Shown here: piece by piece, positions 24,630 to 35,136 of the stretch
Layout: each line of letters starts with the position of its first letter
Position numbering within the stretch: the stretch's first letter is position 1
Origin: Macrostomum hystrix
Taxonomy: Eukaryota > Animalia > Platyhelminthes
Assembly (NCBI GenBank): GCA_950097015.1
Contig: CATNEN010000010.1
Location: forward strand, 1,426,001-1,490,000
Reading direction: 5' to 3'
DNA length: 64,000 nucleotides
Made by a program: the position numbers and the translations under genes
The notes under the pieces: generated by a model
What the model saw: the letters and a program-made list of their open reading frames with translations, nothing else
Database searches by the model: none
Told to the model about the DNA's origin: nothing

Positions 24630-27600
24630 ATGCCGGTCTTCTCAAATGGTCTTCGCTGCACCCGCGGCGGCGGAGGCAGCAGCGACCGATGCCGCCTCAA
24701 CGTCTGTAGTGCCGCCTCCGCAGACGATGTTGATGACTCGGAGAGCCTGGCAAATCAATCGTCAGCGGCTCAACCCGACTTTACTGGTTCAAGCCAGCTC
24801 AAAATAGATTTCGAGTCTGCCACAGTAGAGGAGTCGGAGGATGAATTTCGGTTCCTTCTGACCATCGCCGACCGCCAGGCGCCAACGCCGGAATTCGGTG
24901 GGGTACAGTCGGCGTCCCCACCGAAAACACCGCCCGGACCGCAGAAGAAGCGCGCTGCTGCCAAGAACTCATGCGCCCGTGTCGAATCTGAAGAGGTCGA
25001 TGCGACAGAGGATGAGGCGACAGAGGATGAGGCGAGCCATGCGGTGACTCAGGAGCCGGAGCCGGAGCCGGAGCATCAGCAAGTTGAACTGGCTTCGGCG
25101 CTAGAGCCGGAGCATCAGCAAGTTGAACTGCCTCCGGAACCGAAGCCGGAGCATCAGCAAGTTGAACTGCCTCCGGAACCGAAGCCGGAGCATCAACAAG
25201 TTGAACAGGCTTCGGCACCAGAGCCGGAGCATCAGCAAGGTAAACTGTCTTCGGAGTCGGAGCAGGAGCATCAGCAAGTTGAATTGGGTTCAAAACCGGA
25301 GCCGGAGCATCAGCAAGTTCAACTGGCTTTAGTACCGGAGCCGGAGCATCAGCAAGTTCAACTGGCTTCGGAGTCGGAGCCGGAGCATCAACTAGTTGAA
25401 CTGCCTTCGGCACTGGAGCCGGAGCATCAGCAAGTTCAACTACTTTCGCAGCCGTCAATGCCAGTCCAGACGCCGCAGATGTATCAAGCAAATACTGAAG
25501 AGGTACTGAAGATAAAGCATGTGGTACAGTCTGTGTCCCCGCCAAAACGGCTGCCCGCACCGTGCAAGAAGCGCGCTGCTGCCAAGAGCTCCTGCGGTCG
25601 GGTCGCATCTGAAGAGTCTGAGGCGATAGAGGATGAGGCGAGCCATGCGGTGACTCAGGAGCCGGAGCCGGAGCCGGAGCATCAGCAAGTCGAACTGCCA
25701 TCGGCGCCAGAGCCAGAGCATCATCAAGTTGAACTGTCTTCGGCACTGGAGCTAGAGCATCAGCAAGTTGAACTAACTTCGGAGCCGGACCCGGAGCATC
25801 AGCAAGTTCAACTGCTTTCGACACCGCAGCCGTCACTTCCAGCCCAGACGCCGCTGATGTATCAAGCAAATACTGAAGGGGTACTGAAGTTAGAGCATGG
25901 GGTACAGTCGGCGTCTTCCCCGAAACGGCTGCTATCACCGCCGAAAAAGCGGGCTGCTGCCAAGGGCTGCTGCGGCCGGGCCGCATCCGAAGAGTCTGAG
26001 GCGATAGAGGATGATGCGAGCCATGCGGTGACTCAGGAGCCGGAGCCGGAGCCGGAGCCGGAGCATCAGCAAGTTGAACTGCCTTCGGCACCAGAGCCGG
26101 AGCAAGTTCAACTGGCTTCGGAGTCGGAGCCGGAGCATCAGCAAGTTGAACTGGCTTCGGCACTGGAGCCGGAGCATCAGCAAGTTGAATCGCCTTCGGC
26201 GCCGGAGCCGGAGCATCAGCAAGTCCAACTGATTTCGGCACCGCAGCCGTCACTGCCAGACCAGACGCCGCTGATGTATCAAGCAAATACTGAAGGGGAA
26301 CTGAAGTTTGAGAATGAGGTACAGTCGGCGTCCCCGCCGAAACGGCCGCCATCACCGCCCAAGATGCGCGCTGCTGCCAGGGGCTGCTGCGGCCGGGTCG
26401 CATCCGAAGAGTCTGAGGCGACAGAGGATGAAGCGAGCCATGCAGTGACTCAGGAGCCGGAGCCGGAGCCGGAGCATCAGCAAGTGCAACTGCTTTCGAC
26501 GTCGGAGCCGGAACAAGTTCAACTGCCTTTGGCAACGGAGCCGAAGCATCAGCAAGTTGAACTAACTTCGGAGTCGGAGCCGGAGCATCAACAAGTTGAA
26601 CTGCCTTCAACACTGGAGCCGGAGCATCAGCAAGTTGAACTTCCTCCGGAACTGAAGCCGGAGCATCAACAAGTTGAACTGCCTTCAACACTGGAGCCGG
26701 AGCATCAGCAAGTTGAACTGCCTTCAACACTGGAGCCGGAGCATCAGCAAGTTGAACTGTTTTCGGCACTGGAGCCGAAGCATCAGCAAGTTGAACTAAC
26801 TTCGGAGTCGGAGCCGGAGCATCAACTAGTTGAACTGCCTTCGGCACTGGAGCCGGAGCATCAGCAAGTTCAACTACTTTCGCAGCCGTCAATGCCAGTC
26901 CAGACGCCGCAGATGTATCAAGCAAATACTGAAGAGTTACTGAAGATAAAGCATGTGGTACAGTCTGTGTCCCCGCCAAAACGGCTGCCCGCACCGTGCA
27001 AGAAGCGCGCTGCTGCCAAGAGCTCCTGCGGTCGGGTCGCATCTGAAGAGTCTGAGGCGATAGAGGATGAGGCGAGCCATGCGGTGACTCAGGAGCCGGA
27101 GCAGGAGCCGGAGCATCAGCAAGTAGAACTGGCTTCGGCGTCGGAGCAAGAGCATCAGCGAGTTGAACTGCCTTCAGAGCCGGAGCATCAGCGAGTTGAA
27201 CTGCCTTCAGAGCCGGAGCATCAGCGAGTTGAACTGCCTTCAGAGCCGGAGCATCAGCGAGTTGAACTGCCTTCGGAGCCAGACCCGGAGCATCATCAAG
27301 TTGAACTGCCGTTGGAGCCGGAGCATCAGCGGGTTGAACTGCCTTCGGAGCCAGACCCGGAGCATCATCAAGTTGAACTGCCTTTGGAGCCGGAGCATCA
27401 GCGAGTTGAACTGCCTTCTGAGCCAGACCCGGAGCATCATCAAGTAGAACTGCCTTCGGAGTCGGAGCTGGAGCATCAGCAAGTAGAACTCGCTTCGGCA
27501 TCGGAGCCGGAGCATCAGCAAGTTAAACTGCCTTTGGCGCCGGAGCCAGAGCATCAGCAAGTTGAACTGCCTTTGGCGCCGGAGCCAGAGCATCAGCAAG

Positions 27601-29135
27601 TTGAACGGCCATCGGCGCCGGAGCTGGAGCATCAGCAAGTTCAACTAGCTACGGTTTCGGAGCCAGAGCATCAGCAAGTTGAACTGCCATCGGCGCCGGA
27701 GCTGGAGCATCAGCAAGTTCAACTAGCTACGGTTTCGGAGCCAGAGCATCAACAAGTTGAACTGCCTTCTTTGCCGGAGCCGTCGCTGCCAGCCCAGACG
27801 CCGCTGAACTATCCAGCCAAGACTGAAGAGGCACTGAAGTTGGAGCATGGGGTGCAGTCGGCATCCCCGCCGAAACGGCCGTCCGCACCGTGCAAACAGC
27901 GCGCTGCTGCCAAGAGTTGCTGCGGCCGGGTCGCATCCGAAGAGGTTGAGGCGACAGAGGATGAAGCGAGCCATGCGGTGACTCAGGAGCCGGAGCCGGA
28001 GCATCAGGAGGAAGAACTTGCTTCGGCGTCGGAGCTGGAGCATCAGCAAGTTCAACTGCCATCGGCGCCGGAGCCGGAGAATCAGCAAATTCAACTGGCT
28101 TTCGTGTCGGATCCGGAGCATCAGCAAGTTGAACTGCCATTGGCGCTGGAGCCGGAGCATCAGCAAGTTCAACTGCCATCGGCGCCGGAGCCGGAGAATC
28201 AGCAAATTCAACTGGCTTTCGTGTCGGATCCGGAGCATCAGCAAGTTGAACTGCCATTAGCGCCGGAGCCGTCACTGCCAGCCCAGACGACGATGAAGTA
28301 TCAAGCAAAGACTGAAGAGGCACTGAAGTTGAAGCATGGGGTACAGTCGGCGTCCCCGCCGAAACGGCCGCCCGCACCGTGCAAGAAGCGCGCTGCTGCC
28401 AAGAGCTTCTGCGGCCGAGTCCTATCCGAAGAGTCTGAGGCGATAGAGGATGATGCGAGCCATGCGGTGACTCAGGAGCCGGAGCCGGAGCATCAGCAAG
28501 TTGAACTGCCATCGGCGCCGGAGCCGGAGTATCAGCAAGTTGAAGTGCCATCGGCGCCGGATCCGGAGTATCAGCAAGTTGAACTGCCATCGGCGCTGGA
28601 GCCGGAGCATCAGCAAGTTCAACTGCCTTCGACGTCGGAGCCGGAGCATCAGCAAGTTCAACTGCCTTCGACGTCGGAGCCGGAGCATCAGCAAGTTGAA
28701 GTGCCATCGGCGCCGGAGCCGGAGCATCAGCAAATTCAACTGGCTTTCGTTTCGGATTCGGAGCATCAGCAAGTTGAACTGCCATTGGCGCCGGAGCCGT
28801 CGCTGCCAGCCCAGACGCCGCTGAAGTATTCAGCAAAGACTGAAGAGGCACTGAAGTTGAAGCATGTGGTACAGTCTGTGTCCCCGCCAAAATGGCCGCC
28901 CGCACCGTGCAAGAAGCGCGCTGCTGCCAAGAGCTCCTGCGGTCGGGTCGCATCTGAGGAGTCTGAGGCGATAGAGGATGAGGCGAGCCATGCAGTCACT
29001 CAGGAGCCGGATCCGGAACATCAGCAAGTTCAACTGCTTTCGGCGCCACAGCCCTCGCTGCCAGAGCCTCGAGATGAGTTCCTGGTGCTGCTCACGGGCC
29101 TGCTGGCGCACCACCGCCTGAAGACTTCCTCTTGA
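24630..29135 (+). CDS. 1501-aa Glu/Pro/Gln-rich hierarchical repeat protein, function unknown
   Basis: 4.5-kb stop-free ORF with eight modules (QSxSPPKRxPxPxKKRAAAKxxCGRVxSEE...EDEASHAVTQEPE), each followed by a variable number of PEHQQV(E/Q)L repeats. Unit-length variation preserves the frame throughout. Confidence 0.65.
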   Translation: MPVFSNGLRCTRGGGGSSDRCRLNVCSAASADDVDDSESLANQSSAAQPDFTGSSQLKIDFESATVEESEDEFRFLLTIADRQAPTPEFGGVQSASPPKTPPGPQKKRAAAKNSCARVESEEVDATEDEATEDEASHAVTQEPEPEPEHQQVELASALEPEHQQVELPPEPKPEHQQVELPPEPKPEHQQVEQASAPEPEHQQGKLSSESEQEHQQVELGSKPEPEHQQVQLALVPEPEHQQVQLASESEPEHQLVELPSALEPEHQQVQLLSQPSMPVQTPQMYQANTEEVLKIKHVVQSVSPPKRLPAPCKKRAAAKSSCGRVASEESEAIEDEASHAVTQEPEPEPEHQQVELPSAPEPEHHQVELSSALELEHQQVELTSEPDPEHQQVQLLSTPQPSLPAQTPLMYQANTEGVLKLEHGVQSASSPKRLLSPPKKRAAAKGCCGRAASEESEAIEDDASHAVTQEPEPEPEPEHQQVELPSAPEPEQVQLASESEPEHQQVELASALEPEHQQVESPSAPEPEHQQVQLISAPQPSLPDQTPLMYQANTEGELKFENEVQSASPPKRPPSPPKMRAAARGCCGRVASEESEATEDEASHAVTQEPEPEPEHQQVQLLSTSEPEQVQLPLATEPKHQQVELTSESEPEHQQVELPSTLEPEHQQVELPPELKPEHQQVELPSTLEPEHQQVELPSTLEPEHQQVELFSALEPKHQQVELTSESEPEHQLVELPSALEPEHQQVQLLSQPSMPVQTPQMYQANTEELLKIKHVVQSVSPPKRLPAPCKKRAAAKSSCGRVASEESEAIEDEASHAVTQEPEQEPEHQQVELASASEQEHQRVELPSEPEHQRVELPSEPEHQRVELPSEPEHQRVELPSEPDPEHHQVELPLEPEHQRVELPSEPDPEHHQVELPLEPEHQRVELPSEPDPEHHQVELPSESELEHQQVELASASEPEHQQVKLPLAPEPEHQQVELPLAPEPEHQQVERPSAPELEHQQVQLATVSEPEHQQVELPSAPELEHQQVQLATVSEPEHQQVELPSLPEPSLPAQTPLNYPAKTEEALKLEHGVQSASPPKRPSAPCKQRAAAKSCCGRVASEEVEATEDEASHAVTQEPEPEHQEEELASASELEHQQVQLPSAPEPENQQIQLAFVSDPEHQQVELPLALEPEHQQVQLPSAPEPENQQIQLAFVSDPEHQQVELPLAPEPSLPAQTTMKYQAKTEEALKLKHGVQSASPPKRPPAPCKKRAAAKSFCGRVLSEESEAIEDDASHAVTQEPEPEHQQVELPSAPEPEYQQVEVPSAPDPEYQQVELPSALEPEHQQVQLPSTSEPEHQQVQLPSTSEPEHQQVEVPSAPEPEHQQIQLAFVSDSEHQQVELPLAPEPSLPAQTPLKYSAKTEEALKLKHVVQSVSPPKWPPAPCKKRAAAKSSCGRVASEESEAIEDEASHAVTQEPDPEHQQVQLLSAPQPSLPEPRDEFLVLLTGLLAHHRLKTSS

Positions 29136-29558
29136 ACTTGACCGTCAACCAGGAGGAAATCGCCATCACCTGAAGCCTCTGACGTGGAAATATATTCTGC
29201 GTCCCACCATGGCTTAAATATTTTTCAAGAAAACCTTTGTCTGACCGTCTTTTTTAACAGCTTTTTAAATGATTTTTTACCGGCTGGGCTAGGCGAGGTT
29301 TATATGCGGCCCGCTCCTTTTCCAAAGTCCATCAACTCGGCCTGTTAATTCCCCAACTGCATTCATTTTATCTCCATGCTAATTTTCGTTGCTGTACTTG
29401 CAGTAGAGTTCTGCGTGTGCGGTTATCTGTTGGAACACTACCCAGGCTGTCCTGAATACACTTGGCACCGGTCATGCGTGCCTGGCTTCGTAAAGCGAAC
29501 CGCCTAACTGTATTTACTGCTCAAGATCGAATATCTTCTCATCTCTCACTCTGCTTTT

Positions 29559-31678
29559 ATCTACTCTCATCACTCCCTCTGACTCTCCCTCCATCTACTC
29601 TCATCACTCCCTCTGACTCTCCCTCCATCTACTCTCATCACTCCCTCTGACTCTCCTTCCATCTACTCTCATCACTCCCTCTGACTCTCCCTCCATCTAC
29701 TCTCATCACTCCCTCTGACTCTCCCTCCATCTACTCTCATCACTCCTTCTGACTCTCCCTCCATCTACTCTCATCACTCCCTCTGACTCTCCCTCCATCT
29801 ACTCTCATCACTCCCTCTGACTCTCCCTCCATCTACTCTCATCACTCCTTCTGACTCTCCCTCCATCTACTCTCATCACTCCCTCTGACTCTCCCTCCAT
29901 CTACTCTCATCGCTCCCTCTGACTCTCCCTCCATCTACTCTCATCACTCCTTCTGACTCTCCCTCCATCTACTCTCATCACTCCTTCAGACTCTCCCTCC
30001 ATCTACTCTCATCACTCCTTCTGACTCTCCCTCCATCTACTCTCATCACTCCTTCAGACTCTCCCTCCATCTACTCTCATCACTCCTTCTGACTCTCCCT
30101 CCATCTACTCTCATCACTCCTTCAGACTCTCCCTCCATCTACTCTCATCACTCCTTCTGACTCTCCCTCCATCTACTCTCATCACTCCTTCAGACTCTCC
30201 CTCCATCTACTCTCATCACTCCTTCAGACTCTCCCTCCATCTACTCTCATCGCTCCCTCTGACTCTCCCTCCATCTACTCTCATCGCTCCCTCTGACTCT
30301 CCCTCCATCTACTCTCATCACTCTCTCTGACTCTCCCTTCATCTACTCTCATCGCTCCCTCTGACTCTCCCTCCATCTACTCTCATCACTCCCTCTGACT
30401 CTCCCTCCATCTACTCTCTTCACTCCCTCTGACTCTCCCTCCATCTACTCTCATCGCTCCCTCTGACTCTCCCTCCATCTACTCTCATCGCTCCCTCTGA
30501 CTCTCCCTCCATCTATTCTCATCGCTCCCTCTGACTCTCCCTCCATCTACTCTCATCACTCCCTCTGACTCTCCCTCCATCTACTCTCATCGCTCCCTCT
30601 GACTCTCCCTCCATCTACTCTCATCACTCCCTCTGACTCTCCCTCCATCTACTCTCATCGCTCCCTCTGACTCTCCCTCCATCTACTCTCATCACTCCCT
30701 CTGACTCTCCCTCCATCTACTCTCATCGCTCCCTCTGACTCTCCCTCCATCTACTCTCATCACTCCTTCTGACTCTCCCTCCATCTACTCTCATCACTCC
30801 TTCAGACTCTCCCTCCATCTACTCTCATCACTCCTTCTGACTCTCCCTCCATCTACTCTCATCACTCCTTCAGACTCTCCCTCCATCTACTCTCATCACT
30901 CCTTCTGACTCTCCCTCCATCTACTCTCATCACTCCTTCAGACTCTCCCTCCATCTACTCTCATCACTCCTTCTGACTCTCCCTCCATCTACTCTCATCA
31001 CTCCTTCAGACTCTCCCTCCATCTACTCTCATCACTCCTTCAGACTCTCCCTCCATCTACTCTCATCGCTCCCTCTGACTCTCCCTCCATCTACTCTCAT
31101 CGCTCCCTCTGACTCTCCCTCCATCTACTCTCATCACTCTCTCTGACTCTCCCTTCATCTACTCTCATCGCTCCCTCTGACTCTCCCTCCATCTACTCTC
31201 ATCACTCCCTCTGACTCTCCCTCCATCTACTCTCATCACTCCCTCTGACTCTCCCTCCATCTACTCTCATCACTCCCTCTGACTCTCCTTCCATCTACTC
31301 TCATCACTCCCTCTGACTCTCCCTCCATCTACTCTCATCACTCCCTCTGACTCTCCCTCCATCTACTCTCATCACTCCTTCTGACTCTCCCTCCATCTAC
31401 TCTCATCACTCCCTCTGACTCTCCCTCCATCTACTCTCATCACTCCCTCTGACTCTCCCTCCATCTACTCTCATCACTCCTTCTGACTCTCCCTCCATCT
31501 ACTCTCATCACTCCCTCTGACTCTCCCTCCATCTACTCTCATCGCTCCCTCTGACTCTCCCTCCATCTACTCTCATCACTCCCTCTGACTCTCCCTCCAT
31601 CTACTCTCTTCACTCCCTCTGACTCTCCCTCCATCTACTCTCATCGCTCCCTCTGACTCTCCCTCCATCTACTCTCAT
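29559..31678. repeat. 34-bp pyrimidine-rich minisatellite, ~62 copies
   Basis: GACTCTCCCTCCATCTACTCTCATCACTCCCTCT repeated in tandem, with recurring variants. Confidence 0.97.
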
Positions 31679-32297
31679 TCCTCATCAGTTATCCACATCG
31701 CTCACTGATACCTCTCTGTCTATTATTAACCGAGTCAATTTTAGTTTTTGCTCCTGGTCTGCAGGTTTGCGTCAGTGCCAGCCATGAATGGCGCAGATTC
31801 TCATTCAACTCTCCGCATATGGCGCCGCCTGCAAGAGACCAAATATTTTTCTTTCTATTATTTCTTTTCTCAGTTTTTGAATGGACTCTGGACAGCAATG
31901 CGAAGGGGTCTGGGAGGGCCGCTTTTGTCTCTCCGCGGTAAAGTGGCGTCCCTCGGACCGGCCCCGCCAGACGGACTCTGCTGGCAGTTTGAGCAGGCAG
32001 CGGGTGTTGAGCACACGCCTACGGCTGCATGGGTGCGCGCCCAAAAGCGCGATTGTTTGTGGTGCCTGCATTAGCCACTGTTGCTGCAGAGTTGCCGACC
32101 CCACCCCACCCCCTGCCCACTGCCTTTGCACTGCTGGACACTCAGTGCGTGTTTCAGTTGCGAATGGGGTCTGCGGGCCCAGCATCTGTGAGCCTTCAGT
32201 TTGCATATACTCGAGCAGCAGCCTGGCCTACTGAGTTTCTACTCCACTCTTCTCCTCACCTGCTCCGCATCGGATACTCGCACAGACCAACTCAGCC

Positions 32298-34567
32298 ATG
32301 GCCGACTTTCTCAAAGCCTTCGAGTCCATCGACACCGACTTTAGCGGCGAGATCACCCGCGAGGAGTTGGAGGCCTACTGCCAGCGACAGAACTTCGACG
32401 AAAAGTTCACGCAGGTGAGCGGCCGAAATTCTTTCGATTGCTTGCTTTTTACTCTGCCATTTCCTGTTCCTGTGTGTCATTTCCTGTTTCTGTATGCCAA
32501 TTCTATTTCCTGCATGTCATTTCTAGTTTCTGCATGCAATTTTCTATTCCTGCATGCCATTTCTAGTTCCTGCATGCCATTTCCTGTTCTGGAATGCTAT
32601 TTATAGTTCCTGCATGCCATTTATAGTTCCTGCATGCCATTTATAGTTCTTGAATGCTATTTATAGTTCCTGCATGCCATTTCTAGTTCCTGCATGCCAT
32701 TTATAGCTCCTGCATGCTATTTATAGTTCCTGCATGCCATTTCTAGTTCCTGCATGCTATTTCCTGTTCTTGAATGCTATTTATAGTTCCTGCATGCCAT
32801 TTCTAGTTCCTGCATGCCATTTCTAGTTCCTGCATGCCATTTCTAGTTCCTGCATGCCATTTCCTGTTCTTGAATGCTATTTATAGTTCCTGCATACCAT
32901 TTCCTGTTCCTGCATGCCATTTCCTGTTCCTGCATGCCATTTCTAGTTCCTGCATACCATTTCCTGTTCCTGAATGCCATTTCACAAGTCCTGGTTTTCC
33001 GCTAACCAAAGTTTCGCATTTTAAATGCTGGTTTTGTGCATGTCAGCCTGGCAGATCACTGATCACCACTGATTTCAAAAGTGCTGCCGAAATCAAACTC
33101 ACGGAATTTCGTTATATATGCTCAGAATTCATAGAAATTTTCCGGATGGGGAGTAGAATGATTTAATAAGAATACAGGCCCGCACCTTGGAGGTAGGGAG
33201 AGAAAGGGTAAGAAGGGCAGTGTACAATCCAAGTTGCACTAAGGGCCATTTGGCCTGATGTACATTCCGGCCGTCCCCCCGGGTGTTCTGTCTTGCCCAG
33301 CGGCCTGGCCCACCACAGCAGATCATTATAGAGACAGGAAGAGGGGGAGAGAAGAGGCGGAGAGATTGTGAAAGAGCGTGGACTGGAGTGCAACCAGCAG
33401 CTGAACCAGCAGTTTGGCTGCAATCAGCGCGGCCTAGCAAAGCAGGTCGGCTCGGGGATTCGGCAATTTTTCAGCAGTGATGTGCGACCTGCTGCGCGCC
33501 TTCGAGTCCATCGATACGGACCACAGTGGCGCCATCACCAAGGAGGAACTGCTCGGCTATTGTCGTGACAATGGCGTCGATATGAACTTTGTGGAGGTGA
33601 CAGAGCTTAGCAAACTTGATGGGCCTGTGAGGAACACTGCGAACACTGCAACACTGGCATTTTCCCATCTAAATCCGCAGAAATGGCTGAACCTGTTCGA
33701 CATGGACAACTCCGGCACCATCAGCATCGAGGAGTACTGCGAGGTCCTGGGTCTCAAGCCCAATGAGGACTACATGTGAGTTTGTAGCGAGCTGAGTTCA
33801 TGCGCTCAGGAGTGAGTGAGTGATCGAGCGAGAAGTGTTTTAGTGTGTGAATGACTCATATGAGTGAGTTCATGAGTTCATGAGTTGGTGAGCTCATGAG
33901 TTGGTGAACTCATAAGTGAGTGAGTTCATGAGTGAGTGAGTTCATGAGTGAGTGAGTTCATAAGTGAGTGAGTTCATGAGTGAGTGAATTCATGAGTGAG
34001 TGAGTTCATGAGTGAGTGAGTTCATAAGTGAGTGAGTTCATGAGTGAGTGAGTTCATGAGTGAGTGAGTTCATGAGTGAGTGAGTTCATGAGTGAGTGAA
34101 TTCATGAGTGAGTGAGTTCATGAGTGAGTGAGTTCATGAGTGAGTGAGTTCATGAGTGAGTGAGTTCATGAGTGAGTGAATTCATGAGTGAGTGAGTTAA
34201 AACCGCTTCATTCTCCAGCGACAAAGTCACGGAGCAGCGGGCCCACGCGGGCGTCGGCGCACCCACCGACGATGACGATGAGGACGTCATGGACGGCGTC
34301 CGGATCATCGCGCTGGACAAGGAGATGACGGAGGACCTGAAGCGCGCGATCGTTCGGCTGGCTCGGCGCGCCCAGGACGAGTTCTCAGTTGAAAAGGACA
34401 TTGCCAAGTACATCAAGACAGAGCTGGACAGCCAGGACCAGCGGGCCTGGCACGTCATTGTCGGCCGCTTCCAGTACGGCTCCTACTGCACACACGAGGT
34501 GGGCTGCATGTTCCACTTCTTTGTCAACAGGTTCGCCATTCTGGTGTGGCGGACGCCGGACTACTAA
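32298..34567 (+). CDS. Tegumental-allergen-like (TAL) protein, 2 EF-hands + dynein light chain domain, 186 aa. Exon 1a 32298..32414 or exon 1b 33480..33596, then exons 33681..33775 and 34219..34567
   Basis: EF loops DTDFSGEITREE or DTDHSGAITKEE, and DMDNSGTISIEE. C-terminal DLC domain (DIAKYIKTELD...WHVIVGRFQYGSYCTHE). All junctions are GT-AG with matching phases (0 and 2). EF-hand + DLC is the Platyhelminthes TAL architecture. Confidence 0.9.
32454..32982. repeat. 20-bp intronic minisatellite, ~26 copies
   Basis: TTCTAGTTCCTGCATGCCAT and variants. Confidence 0.93.
33480..33596 (+). CDS. Second (alternative) first coding exon 1b of the TAL gene
   Basis: 39 codons from ATG to a phase-0 GT donor, the same length and phase as exon 1a. 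22/39 aa are identical to 1a. Confidence 0.85.
33862..34197. repeat. 16-bp intronic minisatellite (GAGTGAGTGAGTTCAT)n, ~20 copies
   Basis: Fills most of the last TAL intron (33776-34218). Each unit carries GTGAGT. Confidence 0.93.
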
Positions 34568-35136
34568 AGCGCGCCAGGCGACCCCAGAAAAGTTGTGCGT
34601 GTAGCTAAATGACAGTATCGGACAGTGCACAACTGACAGCGCGGCTCCGTTTATCGTCGACGTTAATTTTCTAGACTGAGCTCTGCCAAAGCAAAGATTC
34701 TAAATTAGCTGCAGGCTTCCGTGTAACCCATTTGACGCACCCTAACAAAACGCACCGATCTGTTTATTTTCCTATAGTTTTTTCACCACAGAACCCATAA
34801 TTCTGCGCGAGGCTAAAATAAGCAAAAGCTGGTTCATAATTTTTGCATTGCGCAGATCGAAATGGCGCGAATTTTGGCTGATTAATTTTCTAAGAAACTC
34901 ATTCACTCTGGACCCGAGAGGCCAAGCAACTGGCTGCATAATTCAGCACCAAAGGCTGGCAATTCATTAATAAAAATGCGCACACCGCGGCTTGTCAGTG
35001 AAAGGTAGGCGAAAAATAATGTGCATTTCGCAAACGATTAATAGTGCTGGGTTGAGTGTGGCGGACATGCATCCCTATGCGCGAAGCGTCCTCGTGCATA
35101 GACCATTAAAGCACTAAAAAGCCTTGCATTAATTTA

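Noticed and set aside
24799-28953. 900-aa and 408-aa minus-strand ORFs and Arg/Leu-rich short ORFs
   Set aside because: Antisense shadows of the 1501-aa repeat ORF; only the + frame is open end to end.
34289-34567. Stand-alone dynein light chain gene
   Set aside because: The frame is open upstream to an acceptor at 34218 that joins the EF-hand exons in phase, so it is the C-terminal TAL domain.
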